A stretch of 64,000 bases of DNA. Origin: the human T2T-CHM13v2.0 reference genome, Homo sapiens. Positions 41,238 to 55,327 of this stretch are shown in pieces. A program made the position numbers and the translations under genes. The notes beneath the pieces were generated by a model, which worked only from the letters and a program-made list of their open reading frames with translations, was not told where the DNA came from and ran no database searches. Location of the stretch: the NCBI RefSeq assembly GCF_009914755.1, contig NC_060929.1, one strand, 5' to 3'. Within the stretch, counting starts at the first letter, position 1. Every line of letters begins with the position of its first letter.

Positions 41238-42154
41238 CATGGAAAACTCTATAGCCTATTGAAATTTTTGAAATCGTGCCCCGACATTAAATAATATTTT
41301 AATGTGAGAAACTTACTTTTAAAAATCCAATAACATTGCTGTTAAAGAGACAGCCAACAGCCAAGTGACTTTGAATAGAATTCTTTCCCAGAATTGTAGG
41401 TGAAAGTTAAAGGATGCTATGCTTTTGTAAGGAAATGGTAATGTACACTGTGTACATTTCTTTTGCCATCTATTGAATAGCTTGGCTATCCTCCTGTTTG
41501 CCCTAAATTTTTTATTAAGTACTTCACTGAGAACCATAGAATGTCAGATGCTGTACCAAGGGAATTAACTGACATAGCTGTGAAATACTTTTCCTGGTCT
41601 GTTAGTAGACTGCCATTAAAATTGAAAACATGACTGGTCTGGTGTGAGCAAGATTTACGTGTATAACATAGTCATAGTCTGGGAAAATGTCGGGATCCAG
41701 CATTCGTTGTTAGTTGAAGTGTTTTTATAATCAGAAAACAAACCTATAGCAAAACTTCGTGTGTTAAAAAAATGTTGTGTAAAGGGCTAGGGCATCTTTC
41801 TCAAAACAAACTGGATATCCTCTTCACAGAAGCTAGTCTGGGCAGATCTCCAAGAACTTGCAGCTTCATCAGAGCCTTGTCATTACCCTGGACAAAGGCA
41901 CAATGTAGTTATTGCCCCTTCAGGTACCTGATCAAGGCTACAGTGCCCCAAGGGCATCTTCTGTAGTTTCAAGCATTCTAGGGTGATCCCTCCCTCCCCA
42001 GTAGAATCCTGAGCCTCATTTGGTAGGTGTCCAAGCCAGTTACCACCATTCCAGCATGACTTTAGTTAGCCACAACACACACATAATTTTTATATTTCAG
42101 TAAGAATATCCTTCTTTTAAAGTATACATTTTTTAAAAAAAAGTTAAAAAACTA

Positions 42155-42540
42155 ACATGCAGCCACTTGAATGGAACTATCTTAAGTGGAATAACTCAGG
42201 AACAGAAAACCTAAATACTGCATTGTCTTAAGTGAAATAACTCATTATCTTAAGTGAAGTAACTCAGAAACAGAAAGTCCAAATACTGCATGTTCTCACT
42301 TATAAATGTCAGATAAATAATGTGTACACATGGACACAGAAAGTGGAATAATAGACATGTAGACTTGGAAGGGTGCCAGGGTGGTGCCGGAGGGACGAGA
42401 AATTATAATACTTAATGGATACAATGCACACTATTCAGGTGATGGCTGCACTCAAAGCCTAGACTTCCCAACTTCACAGTGTATCCACGTAACCAAACTG
42501 CCCTTGTGCTTCCTAAATCTATTACTTTTTAAAAAGAAAA
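42155..42540 (+). mobile_element. L1MA2/3-like 3' end with stuttered 5' junction
   Basis: ACTGCATGTTCTCACTTATA, TACAATGCACACTATTCAGGTGATGG, AAAGCCTAGACTTC, TAAATCTATT. Confidence 0.85.
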
Positions 42541-43139
42541 AGTCATTACCAAAAGAACACATACATAATTTTTATATTTCAGTAAGAGGATATCTCTCAA
42601 AAAGTTAAAAAAGCATACCACTTTGCAGTTATAATTTTATGACTCACCAGGGGGAAAAGTACTTCTAAAAGGAAGGCAGAAAACAACTTATCCAAAATTT
42701 TAAATTATTTAGTCTTCAGTTTTAAATACCATCTCAGAAGATTTAATATGACATCTATTTTTAATCTTTAAAATCTTCCTTCTTTTCAGCCAGGATCAAT
42801 TTTTATATAGCCCTGACACACTACAGGGAAACAGTTCACTATCCCATAGACTTCTTTGAACATTTACACCATTGCTCATATCAACAGGGGGCTTCTTAGA
42901 ATTCAGCAGCAATTTTTATGACCATACATGTTTTATACAATGTTGCACTTTTTCCCCCTTCTTTTTCTGTGTAAATTTTTCAAAAGAAGGGGATAGGAGA
43001 ATTCCTCATCCTATTAAAAAAATGAAGATCACCTTCTGGCCTAACTCTATTACAGAGAACAAGTTTTCAGGTGATATGAAAGAAAGGAAAGAGCTTTTTT
43101 TACAACTTACCATGGTATGAGTACAGACATGTATTAAAA

Positions 43140-44275
43140 ATAACAGCAGCAACAACAGAAACAAATGGATTTCTAGAAACTGTTTGAAGAAAAAAATAGG
43201 AGAAATATCTTAGTAATTTTGACTTTGTCAAAGACTTTAAAATATGACAAAAAGAACACAAAAGTATAAAGGAAGAAGTCATTTTTGCTCTTCTAAAAGC
43301 CTCGGTTAAAAAAATGAAGTCAGTGCACAGAAGAGGAGAAAACATTTGCAAAGCATATATAAACAAATAACTTGTATCCAGGCTATATTAAAAAAGAGAA
43401 CAATTTTTGTAACTCAAAAAGAGAAGCAACCCAATGAAAATGGGGCAAAGATTTTTACAGACATTTCACCTAGGAACATGAACGTGAATGGAAAATGAGA
43501 AAAGATGCTCAATGTCATTAGTCACCGGGGGAGATGCACGTTTAAACCACAAGGAGATACCAACACATACCCCTAGAAAGGCCAAAATTAAATAAAGAAA
43601 CTGAAAATACCAGGTATTGGTGAGTATGTGGAGCAAATGGAAGTCTCACTCACTACTAGTGACAATACAAAATGCTACCACTGCTTTGGAAAACAGTTTA
43701 ACAGTTTTCGAAGAAGTTAAACTTAAAATCACTTATTATCCAACCATTGTCCTCCTAGGTATTTAGCCAAGAGTAAAGAAAGCGTATGTCCACATAAAAG
43801 AACTGTAGATGAATATTCACTGCAGCTTTATTTGTAATAGCCAAAACTGGGAAAAAAAATGGCCGGCAACAGATGAATGGATAAACAAATTGTGATATAG
43901 TCACACAATGGAAAACTGCTTGGCACTAAAGCAAACTATTGATGCAAGCAATAGCATGGAGGAATTTCAAAATGATGCTGAGTGAAAGAAACCAGACAAA
44001 AAGTAAATACGTATTGTATAAGCCCATTTATATAGAATCTCAGAAAATGCAAGCTAACCCATAGTAACATGTCATGTCAGTGGTTGCCTAGGTTGGAAGG
44101 AGGTACAAGTAAACTCTTAGGTCTGATGGATATGTTCATCATCCTCCTTGTAGAATTAATTAAGTAATTCCATAGGTAGAATTAATTCCATAGGTCAAAA
44201 CTTCTAAAACTATACTTGTTAAATATATGCAGTTTCACATATGTCAGTTATAGCTCAACAAATATTTTAATAATA
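43140..44275 (+). mobile_element. L1MC/ME ORF2 3' end and 3' UTR
   Basis: GGGCAAAGATTTTTACAGACATTTCACC, AAAGATGCTCAATGTCATTAGTCA, AGATGAATGGATAAACAAATTGTG, GAGTGAAAGAAACCAGACA. Confidence 0.85.
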
Positions 44276-44863
44276 GCATAAATGAAGATGATAGACATGA
44301 ATACTTTGCAGAGCATTTTATTTGGGGAACTTACATCAAACTCAGCAACCTGGCACATCTGCTGTTAAGGACTCATGTAAAACTTGTGATGTTTCTCTAG
44401 GTCTTCATCGGCCTTGCACGAAGCTGTGACAATTTAAAGGCATTTCAATTTATTATTTTTAGATAGAATTCACATTTTCAAGATGGCTCCACTTTTTTTT
44501 TTTTTTTAGTTGTTATGGTATTTTTACCCCCTCTTTATAGCCTTAATAGTAACTGCCTGGGTCAGAGGCAAAAGCATCTGACATTCCTGTGACAGTTCTG
44601 CCATGTTCTTTTGAGGAGCGAGTGAAATCTCCTGATACCCACTGCTGTGAGCAATACTTCTGTTGTACAGGTATAATGATGACACCTTTTGGAGGACCTG
44701 CTAGAGTTGTAGAATTGTAGCTTTGTAACAGTGCATATCATTGTGATATTTCGAGGACTGATGAGCAAATAAAAATTGAAGACATACCTAACACCCTGTG
44801 CAAATTGGGTCTGTTCATCTCCACTGTACCCTTAGCCTTCAGCTTAATTTTCAAAGTTGTTTT

Positions 44864-45113
44864 TTTTTTTCTTGGTCCTCTTGTTTTATTTTTTTATTTA
44901 TTTTTTTTTATTATACTTTAAGTTTTAGGGTACATGTGCACATTGTGCAGGTTAGTTACATATGTATACATGTGCCATGCTGGTGCGCTGCACCCACTAA
45001 CTCATCATCTAGCATTAGGTATATCTCCCAATGCTATCCCTCCCCCCTCCCCCCACCCCACCACAGTCCCCAGAGTGTGATATTCCCCTTCCTGTGTCCA
45101 TGTGATCTCATTG
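44864..45113 (-). mobile_element. Young 5'-truncated L1 (L1PA2-like) with short 3' extension
   Basis: CACATTGTGCAGGTTAGTTAC, TGGTGCGCTGCACCCACTAACTC (GAG type, not Ta ACA), GTGATCTCATTG; 14-bp TSD TTCAAAGTTGTTTT at 44850-44863 and 45114-45127. Confidence 0.95.
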
Positions 45114-46984
45114 TTCAAAGTTGTTTTGAAGCTTACGTAGATAAGAGCCTTCTTTATCTCCACCTATATTTGAAATAACATCAATACAAGAATATCTGTA
45201 TATCTTTCCATTTTGGAACAGTAAGACACTTTTTAAAAATAAAAAATAAATGCAAAACACATTGCAAAGCACCACATGAATGGAAGTGGTTGTGTTATAT
45301 TTATAAGCAATTTACCTTCCTTCTAAAGTGCCTCAAATCAACACTTTGTGGGAAGGAGAATGTTGGAATTTAATGTGAAAAATAATGCACTTCGTAGGCC
45401 AAACCTTTTGACCTTAGAAGCAAATACTGTATTTGTAAGGGTTATAGTGTCTTCATCTAAAGCTTAGCTGCGTTTCTTCCTTGATATTCTCTATTTGTGA
45501 TCATCTAAGTCCATGCCCAAATGCCCCTCTCTATCATAGTGTTTGTCTATGTAGGTTTACTTAGGGCATTAAAATGGCATTTCGTTACTTGATTGTTAGC
45601 CAAGTGACAAATAAGAAACTATGAAAAATATTTTAAAGCATTCTAGGTACAAGGATATTCTGCCTTTATTTTATGACCTTCACTGTGCTTCAATGAGAAG
45701 ATGTATTTCTACATGACAATCATGTGAAAATATTAGGTTTAAAATATACTAATTAGAAAGGCTGATAAGAACATGGCACAGTAGAAACCAACTGATAAAT
45801 ACTCATTTTTATGCCCACTATATCCTCAGCATTTTGGAATACATTCCCTATCTTCAAGGAACTTATGGTTGTACTGACATGCTGAGAAACCTTTTAAACA
45901 TCAGCTATCTTTTATATGTGAAAGATCTACTGAAGTCTTATGGGCCTTAAAAAAATTAAAGCCCAGAGGATTTCTAAAAATGCAAATGCTACAAGAAGAG
46001 GGTGGTAGCTGTTTGTGCTAGGATTAAATTCAGTCCAACTGTGTCTTTAATTAGAAATGTTTCCAAATCATACCGAAATGGCCACATCCGTAAGCCCAGG
46101 TTTTAAGATGACGGTTTAGACTGAATTCCCAGGCATGGTCGTCTGATAGGGTTTGCCAAGTTACTCATGGCCAACTTAAATGAGTGTGAAGAATACTTGT
46201 CTAGCAATAGGATTTGGATGTTAGTTTGAAGTTTAAGATAAAGTTCTTCCTTCTTGCAAATATGGACAATGTGAGCAGTTTATATCTGGAGTAATAGGGC
46301 CTTTCTCCCTGTGCCTCATTTTCCTCACATATTGAATGAGGTTCCTAACAGTATCTGTACTTGGTAAGTTAAAGAGGTTATGACAGTGCCCAGTTCAGAG
46401 TAAGCACTCAACAGTTGGTAGCTGTTCTCATTTTAAAACATTTTTCTACAAACAGTCAAGCTTAAATGGTGAAGTTTCTTCACTACATTTTGTCCCAATG
46501 TACTTAAGTAAAAATTCTTATAGTAAATTAATGCTTCTCAAAATGTGTTTTGAGGGGCATTTATTCTGCTTGATCAAAGTTTTATGTGAATAAAAAGGAG
46601 TTCTTTGTCTAAATATGTTTGGGAAACAAACCCTGATAAGTGCAATAAAGTTAAATCTTATTGCTGCAAGACTTATCAGAGCCTTCAATATGATAATATG
46701 CATTATGACTATAGGAAAGGGTCAGTATGCAGAAATTACATGTTAAGGTCAAACTCTGTCTCATACCATTTGTCTTTCCTGAAAACTTAATAAAGTCAGC
46801 CCCACTTTTTGTTTAGCAGTTAAAGTAAAATTGCTGAAAGAACTGTATCTCCTATGACCCAGTTTCTTCCCCAATGATATAACACAGAGGGAAGGAGCCA
46901 TTAGTGTGGGTGACTGCATTATTTTTCAGTAGTGGGCTTATGGCAGAACTGGAATTTTAAATTTGAGGGTGGAAGTATATAACA

Positions 46985-47567
46985 GGATGTGTTTGACTGC
47001 AAATTACAGAAAAACAACAACAACAAAAAAGTGATATAACCTGCAGGAATATCTATTATCTCATCCTATAATAAGTTTAGAGTTAGGTTCCAAAGTTAGT
47101 TAATCCAACAGTTCAGTGGCTTGAATCATAGACTTAGCTCTTAGGCTTAACTCTCTTTCCATTTTTCCTCTCTACCCTTCTTAGCATGTTGGCTTGTCCT
47201 CTTACGTGAGCTACCAAAGTTGAAAACAGTTCAAAGCAGCAGCCCAGACAGTGGTGACCAATTAGAAAATGGGGACATCCAGTTTTTTTTTTCCTTTATT
47301 TAGAATGGGAAGACATTTCTAGAAGTCCCCAAACAGACTGTACTTTATATCATATTGGCAAAAATTGGGTCACGAGTCTAAGCCTAAAGCAGTTAATTTG
47401 CCTAGGATAATAAAACTACCTTGATAAGAATACTCAAGACTTTTTGGAATAACCCAGCCTCCCTGAAGGATGTGGTCACCCAAAGGAGGTTGGACAAATT
47501 GGGATTCTCTTAGCAAGGAAGAAAGGGAGAAATGACTGTTAGATTGCCAGCCAATGGTGTCTGTCAC
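46985..47567 (-). mobile_element. MaLR LTR (MLT1-type)
   Basis: TTTGACTGCAAATTACAGAAAA, CATATTGGCAAAAATTGGGTCAC, TTAGCAAGGAAGAAAGGGAGAAATG...TCTGTCACA. Confidence 0.65.
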
Positions 47568-50090
47568 ACGGTTGCCCAGAACTCAGATTTTGTTAACCCA
47601 TATAACATCGTTGGCACTATTTTCATATCCAATAGAATAAACTATTCATGTGAGTATATATAAAATTGGACTGTCACATTTGGGGAGGCAAGAAACAAAT
47701 TCAATATTGAGCTTTATTTCGTTATTTAAACCAAACTTGTTAATCTTTGCTACTTCTAGCTAGTTTCACTTGGCTTTGTTTGTTAGCGTCTGCTAACAAA
47801 TAAAACTGAGTCTGAATTTTTATGAGTAAGTTTAACATTGTGAAGATTTACATTTCATACCACAGAGTGAAATTCAGTCAGTACTCAAGAGGAAATAGCT
47901 GTGATCAGGCACCACATCTGCACACTTAAAAAAAAAAAGTATTTGGACTGGAGGCTAGACAGACTGAATTTAGTAATTGCCCGCTTGCCATGCCATAGAA
48001 AGATTACCTGGCTCTTAGCCAAAACCTATGAACTTTTCATTCTAAGCATCAAATGTCCTATTCCTTGTAAATTTCAAAGTTAAAACTCATGAATGTGGCC
48101 TGTATTTAATTACATATATAAAACAGCAAAATATATTTATAAAACTGTAATGCATTTTGTACGCTAGAGTGATTTCACTTTTCGTGCAGCCAGATCTTCA
48201 TGCTTCCCATCTGTGTCACTGCTTCGTGGATGAGGCATTGCTGGTCCTACCACCCTCAGAGCCAAAATGATGCTGACTGAAAACGTTCTTGACAACTTCC
48301 CTGGATAGCGTTGTCTCCTCCAAATTTACCCCTCAAAGATAGGTGGTTGGAATGATTGAGTAACCACACAATTTCCTTTGGATGCAAGTATTCTTTCTTG
48401 TAACAAGTAATTTTTCAGGCTTCTAAAAAGCCTAATTGTATAAGATGCAGTTTGAAGGAAGATAACTTAAAAATAAAATATATGGAGAAAAGGCATTGTT
48501 TTTCCTCTCAAACTACTACATGATATCTTATTATGTTTAAATGATAATGAAAGTAATTAACATAATTATAACATCATAAAGGTTTTCAAAACTTTCCAAA
48601 GATTTTCATATTAAAAACGTTATTCTCACCACACCTCTCTAAGGCAGTTTTAACCACTTGATAGATGAGAAAATCGAGGCATGAAAATGGAACTTGGCTT
48701 GCCTCCATTGTTGTAGGCATGGTGTAGTTTGATTTAATTTAGATCTTAGTATCTTATGTTGTCCTTTATAGTAAGAAAGACAAAAAGATTTTATTGTTAT
48801 TTTTTGTTTCTGTGTTCCAGCTGAAGAAGCTGGATTGGGGGAGTTTTGCAGTAAATCATCCATATTTGTCTAGTGACTAAATAGCAGGCCTGCAAGAACT
48901 TCAAGAGCGCAGCCACTATGCAGAATTTAAGAGCTCTGAAGTTAGCCACACCTTGGCTCAAAAGCCAGTCCTGAAGCTGAGTACATGTGTGACTTGGGGC
49001 AAATCCCCTCCTGATTTCAGTTTTGTACCTTTAAAGTGAGAATAAGTTTACATCAGCCATCTAAATGGATGATGGTCATGCATGTTTGCTTAGATAGTGC
49101 TTGGCACACTGCATGGCCCATGGGAATCTCCATAAATGCTAGGTATCTCAAGTTTCTGATGATACCACTGCTTTAAAAAATGTTTAAAAATATTATTCTC
49201 AAAATTAGAATTGTTTTAGTAGTAGCTGGTATTCTGACTTAACTATTGAGTGAATGTTGCTTCCCACAGATGTGGAGATGGTGCATAAATCTTGAATTTT
49301 CCTACTGAATAGTCTGTTTGAAAATTCACTTGGATACTTTAACATACATCTCCCCTGGTGTCTGTCACAGAGCACTGCCAAAATCTGTCAGTCAGAGTTA
49401 CTGAGGTATGCTTTAAATACACATATGTACAAACAAACATAATATTACCATGTATTGGGAAAGGAGACAGTGGGATAAAGAAATGCTATTATTTACATCG
49501 TCATTATGCTTGAGTTAGTGCCCGTGAAGTTTTCAGTAGCTTTAACCTTGGTGACTCTGCACAGCTGAACTTGAGCCAGAAAACCTGGATTTGCATTTGC
49601 ATTCTCAACAGGAAGTTTTAGATATATTATTTCTGTTTCTGCTTGTAAAAATCCAGCTCATACATTTCCCTTGTGGGTAAGGACATAGATTGGTTAATAT
49701 CGTCTGAACCAGATCTATCTTTCTGGTGTTTTTATTTCAAAATTTTACTTCCATTTGACTCCTAGGTGAGCAGAAAAATGCTTCTTTTTCTTAGAATGAA
49801 AACAATCACCTATGTTATTTCTTATAGAAGTTCATATTGTGAGATTTAAAAAATGTGGATTCAGGGACTCCAATAGCTAAAACAGGCTTTGGAGGTCACT
49901 TAATAAAATGTTTTTATTTTAGAAATCAGGTCACTGAGGCTCAGGGAAGGGAAGGAAATTTCTCAGGTGGTAAACCCAGGGGTGCTGATTTTCAATCTAT
50001 CACAATTTCCATAAATAACAGGCTTGCACCTGTAATCAATTGAGCTTTTAAAGATATAAGAAATAAAAGGATTAATCAGAAAACCACTTA

Positions 50091-52719
50091 CAGGCATAGC
50101 TTGGAGAGATTGCTGGCTGATTCCAGATCACCACCTCACCACAAAATAAATAAATAAATAAATAAATAAATAAAGAATATAGCAATAAAACAAGTCATAT
50201 GAATGTTTTGGTTTCCCAGTGCATATAAAGTTTTGTTTACACTATACTGTAGTCTATTTGGGTGCAATGGCATTATGTCTAAAACAATGTAAATACCTTA
50301 ATTAAAAAATACTATATTGCTAAAAGATGCTACCAATCATCGCTGAGCCTTCAGTGAGTAGTAATCTTTATGCTGGCAGAGGGCCTTGCCTTGATGTTGA
50401 TAGCTGCTGACTGATCAGAATGTGTTTGGTGAAGCTTGGGCTGGCTGCAGCAATTTTGTAAGACAACAATGAAGTTTGCCTCCTTGATGGATTCTTCCTT
50501 TCACGAAAGATTTCTCCATAGCATGCCATGCTGTTTGATAGGGTTTTACCCACAGTAAATCTTCTTTCAAAATTGGAGTTGATCCTCTCGAATCCTGCTG
50601 CTGCCTTATCAACAAAGTTTATAGAATTTTCTAAACCCTTTGTTGTCATTTCAACAAATTTTCACAGCATCTTCGCCAGGAGTAGATTCCAGGTCAAGAA
50701 ACCACTTTCTTTATTTAACCATAAGAAGCAACTGCTCATTCATTGAAGTTTTATCATGAGACTGCAGCAAGTCAGGCACATCTTGAGGCTCCACTTATTC
50801 TAATTCTCTTGCTGTTGCTACCATATCTGCAGTTACTTCTTCCTCTGAAGTCTTGAACCCCTCAAAGTTATTCATGAGGGTTAAAATCAACTTCTTCCAA
50901 ACTTCTGTTAATGTTGCTATTTTTACTTCCTCCCATGAATCATACTATTATTATTATTATTTTTCTTTTTTTTGAGACAGAGTCTTGCTCTGTTTCCCCT
51001 GGCTGGAGTGCACTGTCATGCTTATGGCTTACTGCAGCCTCAACTGGGCCCAAGTGATCCTTGCAAGTAGCTGGGTCTACACCTGACTTTTTTTTAAAAA
51101 ACTTTTTATAGAGATGGAGTCTCCCTATATTGCCCAGGCTGGTCTCAAACTTCTGGGCTCAAGGGATCCACCTGCCTTGGCCTCCCGAAGATCTGAGATT
51201 ACAGACATGAGCCACTGTTCCTGGCCACAAATGTTCCTAATGACATCTAGCATGGTGAATTATTTCCAGAAGGTTTTTAATTTACTTTGCCAAGGTCCAT
51301 CAGAAGAATCACTATCCATGGCAGCTATAGCCTTACCAAATATATTTCTTATGAAACTTGAAAGTCAAAATTACTTATTGATCCATGGGCTGCTGAATGG
51401 TGGCTGTGTCAGCAGGCAGGAAAACAACATTCATCTCCTTGTACATCCCCATCAGAGTTCTGAGGTAACATTGTCAATGAGGAGTAATATTTCAAAGGAT
51501 TTTTTTTTCTGGGCAGTAGGTCTCAAGAGTGGACTTAAAATACTCACCAAACCATGCTGAAAACAGATATGCTATCATTTAAGCTTTCTTGTTTCATTTC
51601 TAGATGAAGGGCAGTAGGATTTTGGAAATGGTCAGTGACCATTGGCTTCAACTTGAAGTTACCAGTGGCATTAGCTCCTAACAAGGGAGTCAGCCTGCCC
51701 TTTGAAGCTTTAAAGCCGGGCATTGACTTTTGCTCTCTAGCTATCAAATCCCTGTATGGCTTCTTCCAACAGAAAGCTGATTTGTATACACTGAAAATCC
51801 ATACACTGTTTAGTGACTTCCTTAATGATCTCAGCTAGATCCTTTGAATATCTTGCTGTAACTTCTGCTTACGTTTTTATGCTATAGAGATGGCTTTTTT
51901 CCCCTTAAACCTCATGAACCAACCTCTGCTAATTTCCCACTTTTCTTTTGCAGCTCCCTCACCTCTCTCAGCTCGCAAAGAATTGAAGAGAGTTAGGGCC
52001 TTGCTCTGGGTTAAGCTTTGGCTCAAGAGCATGTTATGGCTGGTTTAATCACTCAAACTTTCTCCATATCAACAGTAAGACTTTTGTTTTCTTACCATTC
52101 ATGTGTTCACTGGAGGAGCAATTTTAATTTTCTTTGAAAACTTTTCTTTTGCATTTACAACTTGGCTGTTTGGTGCAAGAGGCCCAGTTTTTGGCCCATT
52201 TTGGCTTTCTACATGCCTTCCTCACTAGGCTTAATCATTTCTGGCTTTTGATTTAATGTAAGAGACATGCAACTCTTTCTTTCAAACTTGAACACTTAAA
52301 GCCCATTGTAGAGTTATTAATTGGCCTAATTTCAGTAGTATTATGTCTCAGGGAATAGGGAGTCCCCAAGAGAGAGATGGAAGAATGGCTGGTTGGTGGA
52401 ACAGTTCACAACATTTATGGATACAGTTTGCCATCTGATATGGGCCCCAATATAATTATAATAGTAACATCAAAGATCCCGGTCACAAGTCACTATAACA
52501 AATATAATAATAATGAAAAAGCTTGAAGTATTTTGAGCATTATCAATATGTGACACAGATAAATGAAGTGTGTACATACTATTGGAAAAATTGTGCCGAT
52601 AGACTTGCTGGATGCAGGGTTACCACAAACCTTCAATTTGCAAAAAAAAAAAAAAAAAAAAAGAAAAGCACTATTTTGGAATGAAAATAATATGAAATGC
52701 AATAAATGAGGTATGCCAT
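50091..52719 (-). mobile_element. Near full-length Tigger1 with decayed transposase
   Basis: TA|CAGGCATA left end; GCAATAAATGAGGTATGCC right end; minus-strand ORF remnants KAAAGFERINSNFER (50368-50649) and [30 protein letters not shown] (51544-51747) match Tigger1/TIGD1-type transposase. Confidence 0.93.
50945..51226 (-). mobile_element. AluJ inserted in Tigger1
   Basis: (TTA)n/T tail, GAGACAGAGTCTTGCTC, CTGGGCTCAAG, ends CCTGGCC. Confidence 0.9.
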
Positions 52720-53509
52720 TTTTTGAAAGATGGGGAAATGAATGCTCAGAGCATTTCAGCAAAATCCTACAGGGTAGTTATTGGCAGAACTGGGACTAAA
52801 TTTCAGGTTTCTAGACTCCAGATTCAGAGCTCTCTCCAATCCATATCATTCAAGGAAACATGCCCATGAAGAGACTTCACTCCCACTAATAGTTTTTCAA
52901 TGTTATTAGCACCTCTATTCTTCTTGGCTTCTGCCTTTTGTATCTTTGCTGTGAGCCATTCTGTATACAACTTAACACCTCTGCTGTGACCCGGGTGACA
53001 CCTAACGATGATGAATCCTTTACCGAGGTGATTCACAGCTCTCTTGTGCGAGATGAGGGAGCTTACAGGCCTCTGCTTTTGTATACTTTCAAGCCACTTG
53101 TTTGTCTTTCTGTGTCTGGAAGAGTCAACAGTGATTACTCTGCTGATGTATAATCTGATTAGTGGTGCTGGGGCTGCTGCTCTCCTCAGGGAACAATAAA
53201 TCCCAGCAAGTCCTGCCCCGTTCTCTGCCACGATGCCTGGGAGCCTTCCCATTTAACTTTCAGCAGTAAGTTTGGCTCATCATCAAGCTTTCCAATATTA
53301 TAGAAACAGTATTGTATTTTCACTTAACGACTTTGCTGAAAAACTACATAGAGCTGCTGTAATTGTACCATATATGCCTTATGTCTGGGTAAAGATGCTC
53401 AGGTTGAAATCCTCTGAGACCTATCAAGAATTTCTTGATCTTGTCTCATTGCTTTCTCCCTTGACTTACCTCTTAGTATATTTAGTGTTGGTATAGCTTT
53501 CTGGCATCT

Positions 53510-53740
53510 GGATAGGTATGAACTCTAGACATGAGCAGATTTGAGTTTGAAACTTCATTCTTCCACTTGTTGGTTACGTGACTTTGAGCACATTACTTAA
53601 AACTCTGTGAACCTCAGTTCTTAATCTATAAAAATGGGAATAGTAATAGCATGTAACCTATAAGAACTTGTGATAATTAAATGAAAAGCATGTAACAAAC
53701 AACGCAGTACCTGACAAATAATACATGATCAATAAGTAGG
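53510..53740 (+). mobile_element. MIR SINE
   Basis: GTGACTTTGAGCACATTACTTAAAACTCTGTGAACCTCAGTT...AAAATGGGAATAGTAATAG. Confidence 0.8.
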
Positions 53741-54964
53741 CTAATGATGAAGACGATAATGACAACGACGATAACTGCCATGACATGTTTTGTGTAAGTA
53801 TTTTCTCTGTAACCTTTGTCAAAGTAAGAATAATGTCTGATACTTTGTTTCTATTCTTCTCTTCATAGCATTTAGCATAAATGTATTTCATGAGTGAAAG
53901 AACATGTACTTATTTAATAAACAAGAATTGATATCCAGAAAGTCTAAGGTGATCCACTCTTCGTGCTAGAGATCATCTATGGTCTATTTGGGTAGATGGT
54001 ATATGTTCACTTTTTGGTCATTCAGTAAACAGCCAATAATTCCTTAGGTACTAGATGTTGTAGGAGGTGCTGAGAAAGAATACAGAGACAAAGGACAGAG
54101 TTCCTGCTTTTAATAAGTTCACAGCTTAGTATGGCCAAACAGATATTGATGTAACATATGCATTGAGACAGAAGCAGGCAAGCATAAAAATATCAAGTGT
54201 TACCAAAGCCCAGAGCAGTAGGGAGGGGAAGTTGGTGGGTAGAGAGAAACCACTTGAAAACAGCTTATTGAGTTAGGAGGTGCAGCATTACGTCTATGTA
54301 TCATCAAAGTAAAAAAAAATAGTAAAAATACAATACATACAGTCTTGTGCTTTTGCAAATGTATTATGAACAGAATGCTTATTTTTCACACTCTGAATTT
54401 TGTGTAGCCAATAATCTTGCATATTAAAGGATAGCTCTGTTCTCTGACAACATTGACAACTACTCTCCAAAGGAGAACTTGAATATGTGTTATTCTCACA
54501 GTAAGCAGATTCAGAGGAATTCAGCTTTCTATGTTACTTTCAAAAAAGAAAACATCAAATGATGATTAGCTTTTCAAAATCAATGTTCCTTCCATCTCAA
54601 TTATCCATCACAAATAACACCATAAATCTTCAAACCATGTATTCCAAACATGAATACACAGAAGATCTACGTTGATGAAAGAAGAGAGGCCTCACTTGGG
54701 AAGGATCACAGTGCTTTTCTATGTTTCAGTTTCATCATCTACAGACAGGATCTTTAATGCAGTCCTAACTTTCCTGACTGAATAACGTAAACTAGTAGGC
54801 ACACTTCAAAACATAAAAGGTATAAACAATTCAGTTTATCATCATCATTGTTATTTTGGCTGAACATTTATTTAGTGAGAAAATGCTTACTTCTGCCTTA
54901 TCTTGGGCTTTTAGAGAGTGACATTCCCAGCAATATTTGCATTTGTGCAAAATTATTTACTGCA

Positions 54965-55300
54965 TGTCTTAGTGATGGCTCTTTAGGTTACAAGTAATAG
55001 ATACTGATTCGAACTAATTTAATTCAAAAAGAGGTAACGTTGAAAAAATACAGGGGTATAGGATAGAATGTAAAAGCAGTACGTGCAGTTAGGTCTTATA
55101 AGGGACTGGAATGAGGATGTGGAGCTTCCTGGCCATCTGCTTTCTGTATCTATCTATCTATTTACGCCAAAAGGAACTCCTCAAAATGGTGTGATCAGCT
55201 CACACCATTCAGAGAATTCAAATGTCCAGATGAGAGAATCTGATTGATGGATCTTGGGTCATATGTACATCCATGGTCCAGTCAGAACTGGAGAATGGGT
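54965..55300 (-). mobile_element. MaLR LTR fragment (MLT1J/K-like)
   Basis: TTAGGTTACAAGTAATAGA..., GAGAGAATCTGATTG...CTTGGGTCATATG. Confidence 0.55.
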
Positions 55301-55327
55301 TTATTTGGTACAAACTTTGCAGAGGAA

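Noticed and set aside
50368-51838. Transposase-like ORFs
   Set aside because: Short, broken remnants of Tigger1, interrupted by an AluJ; not an intact or domesticated gene
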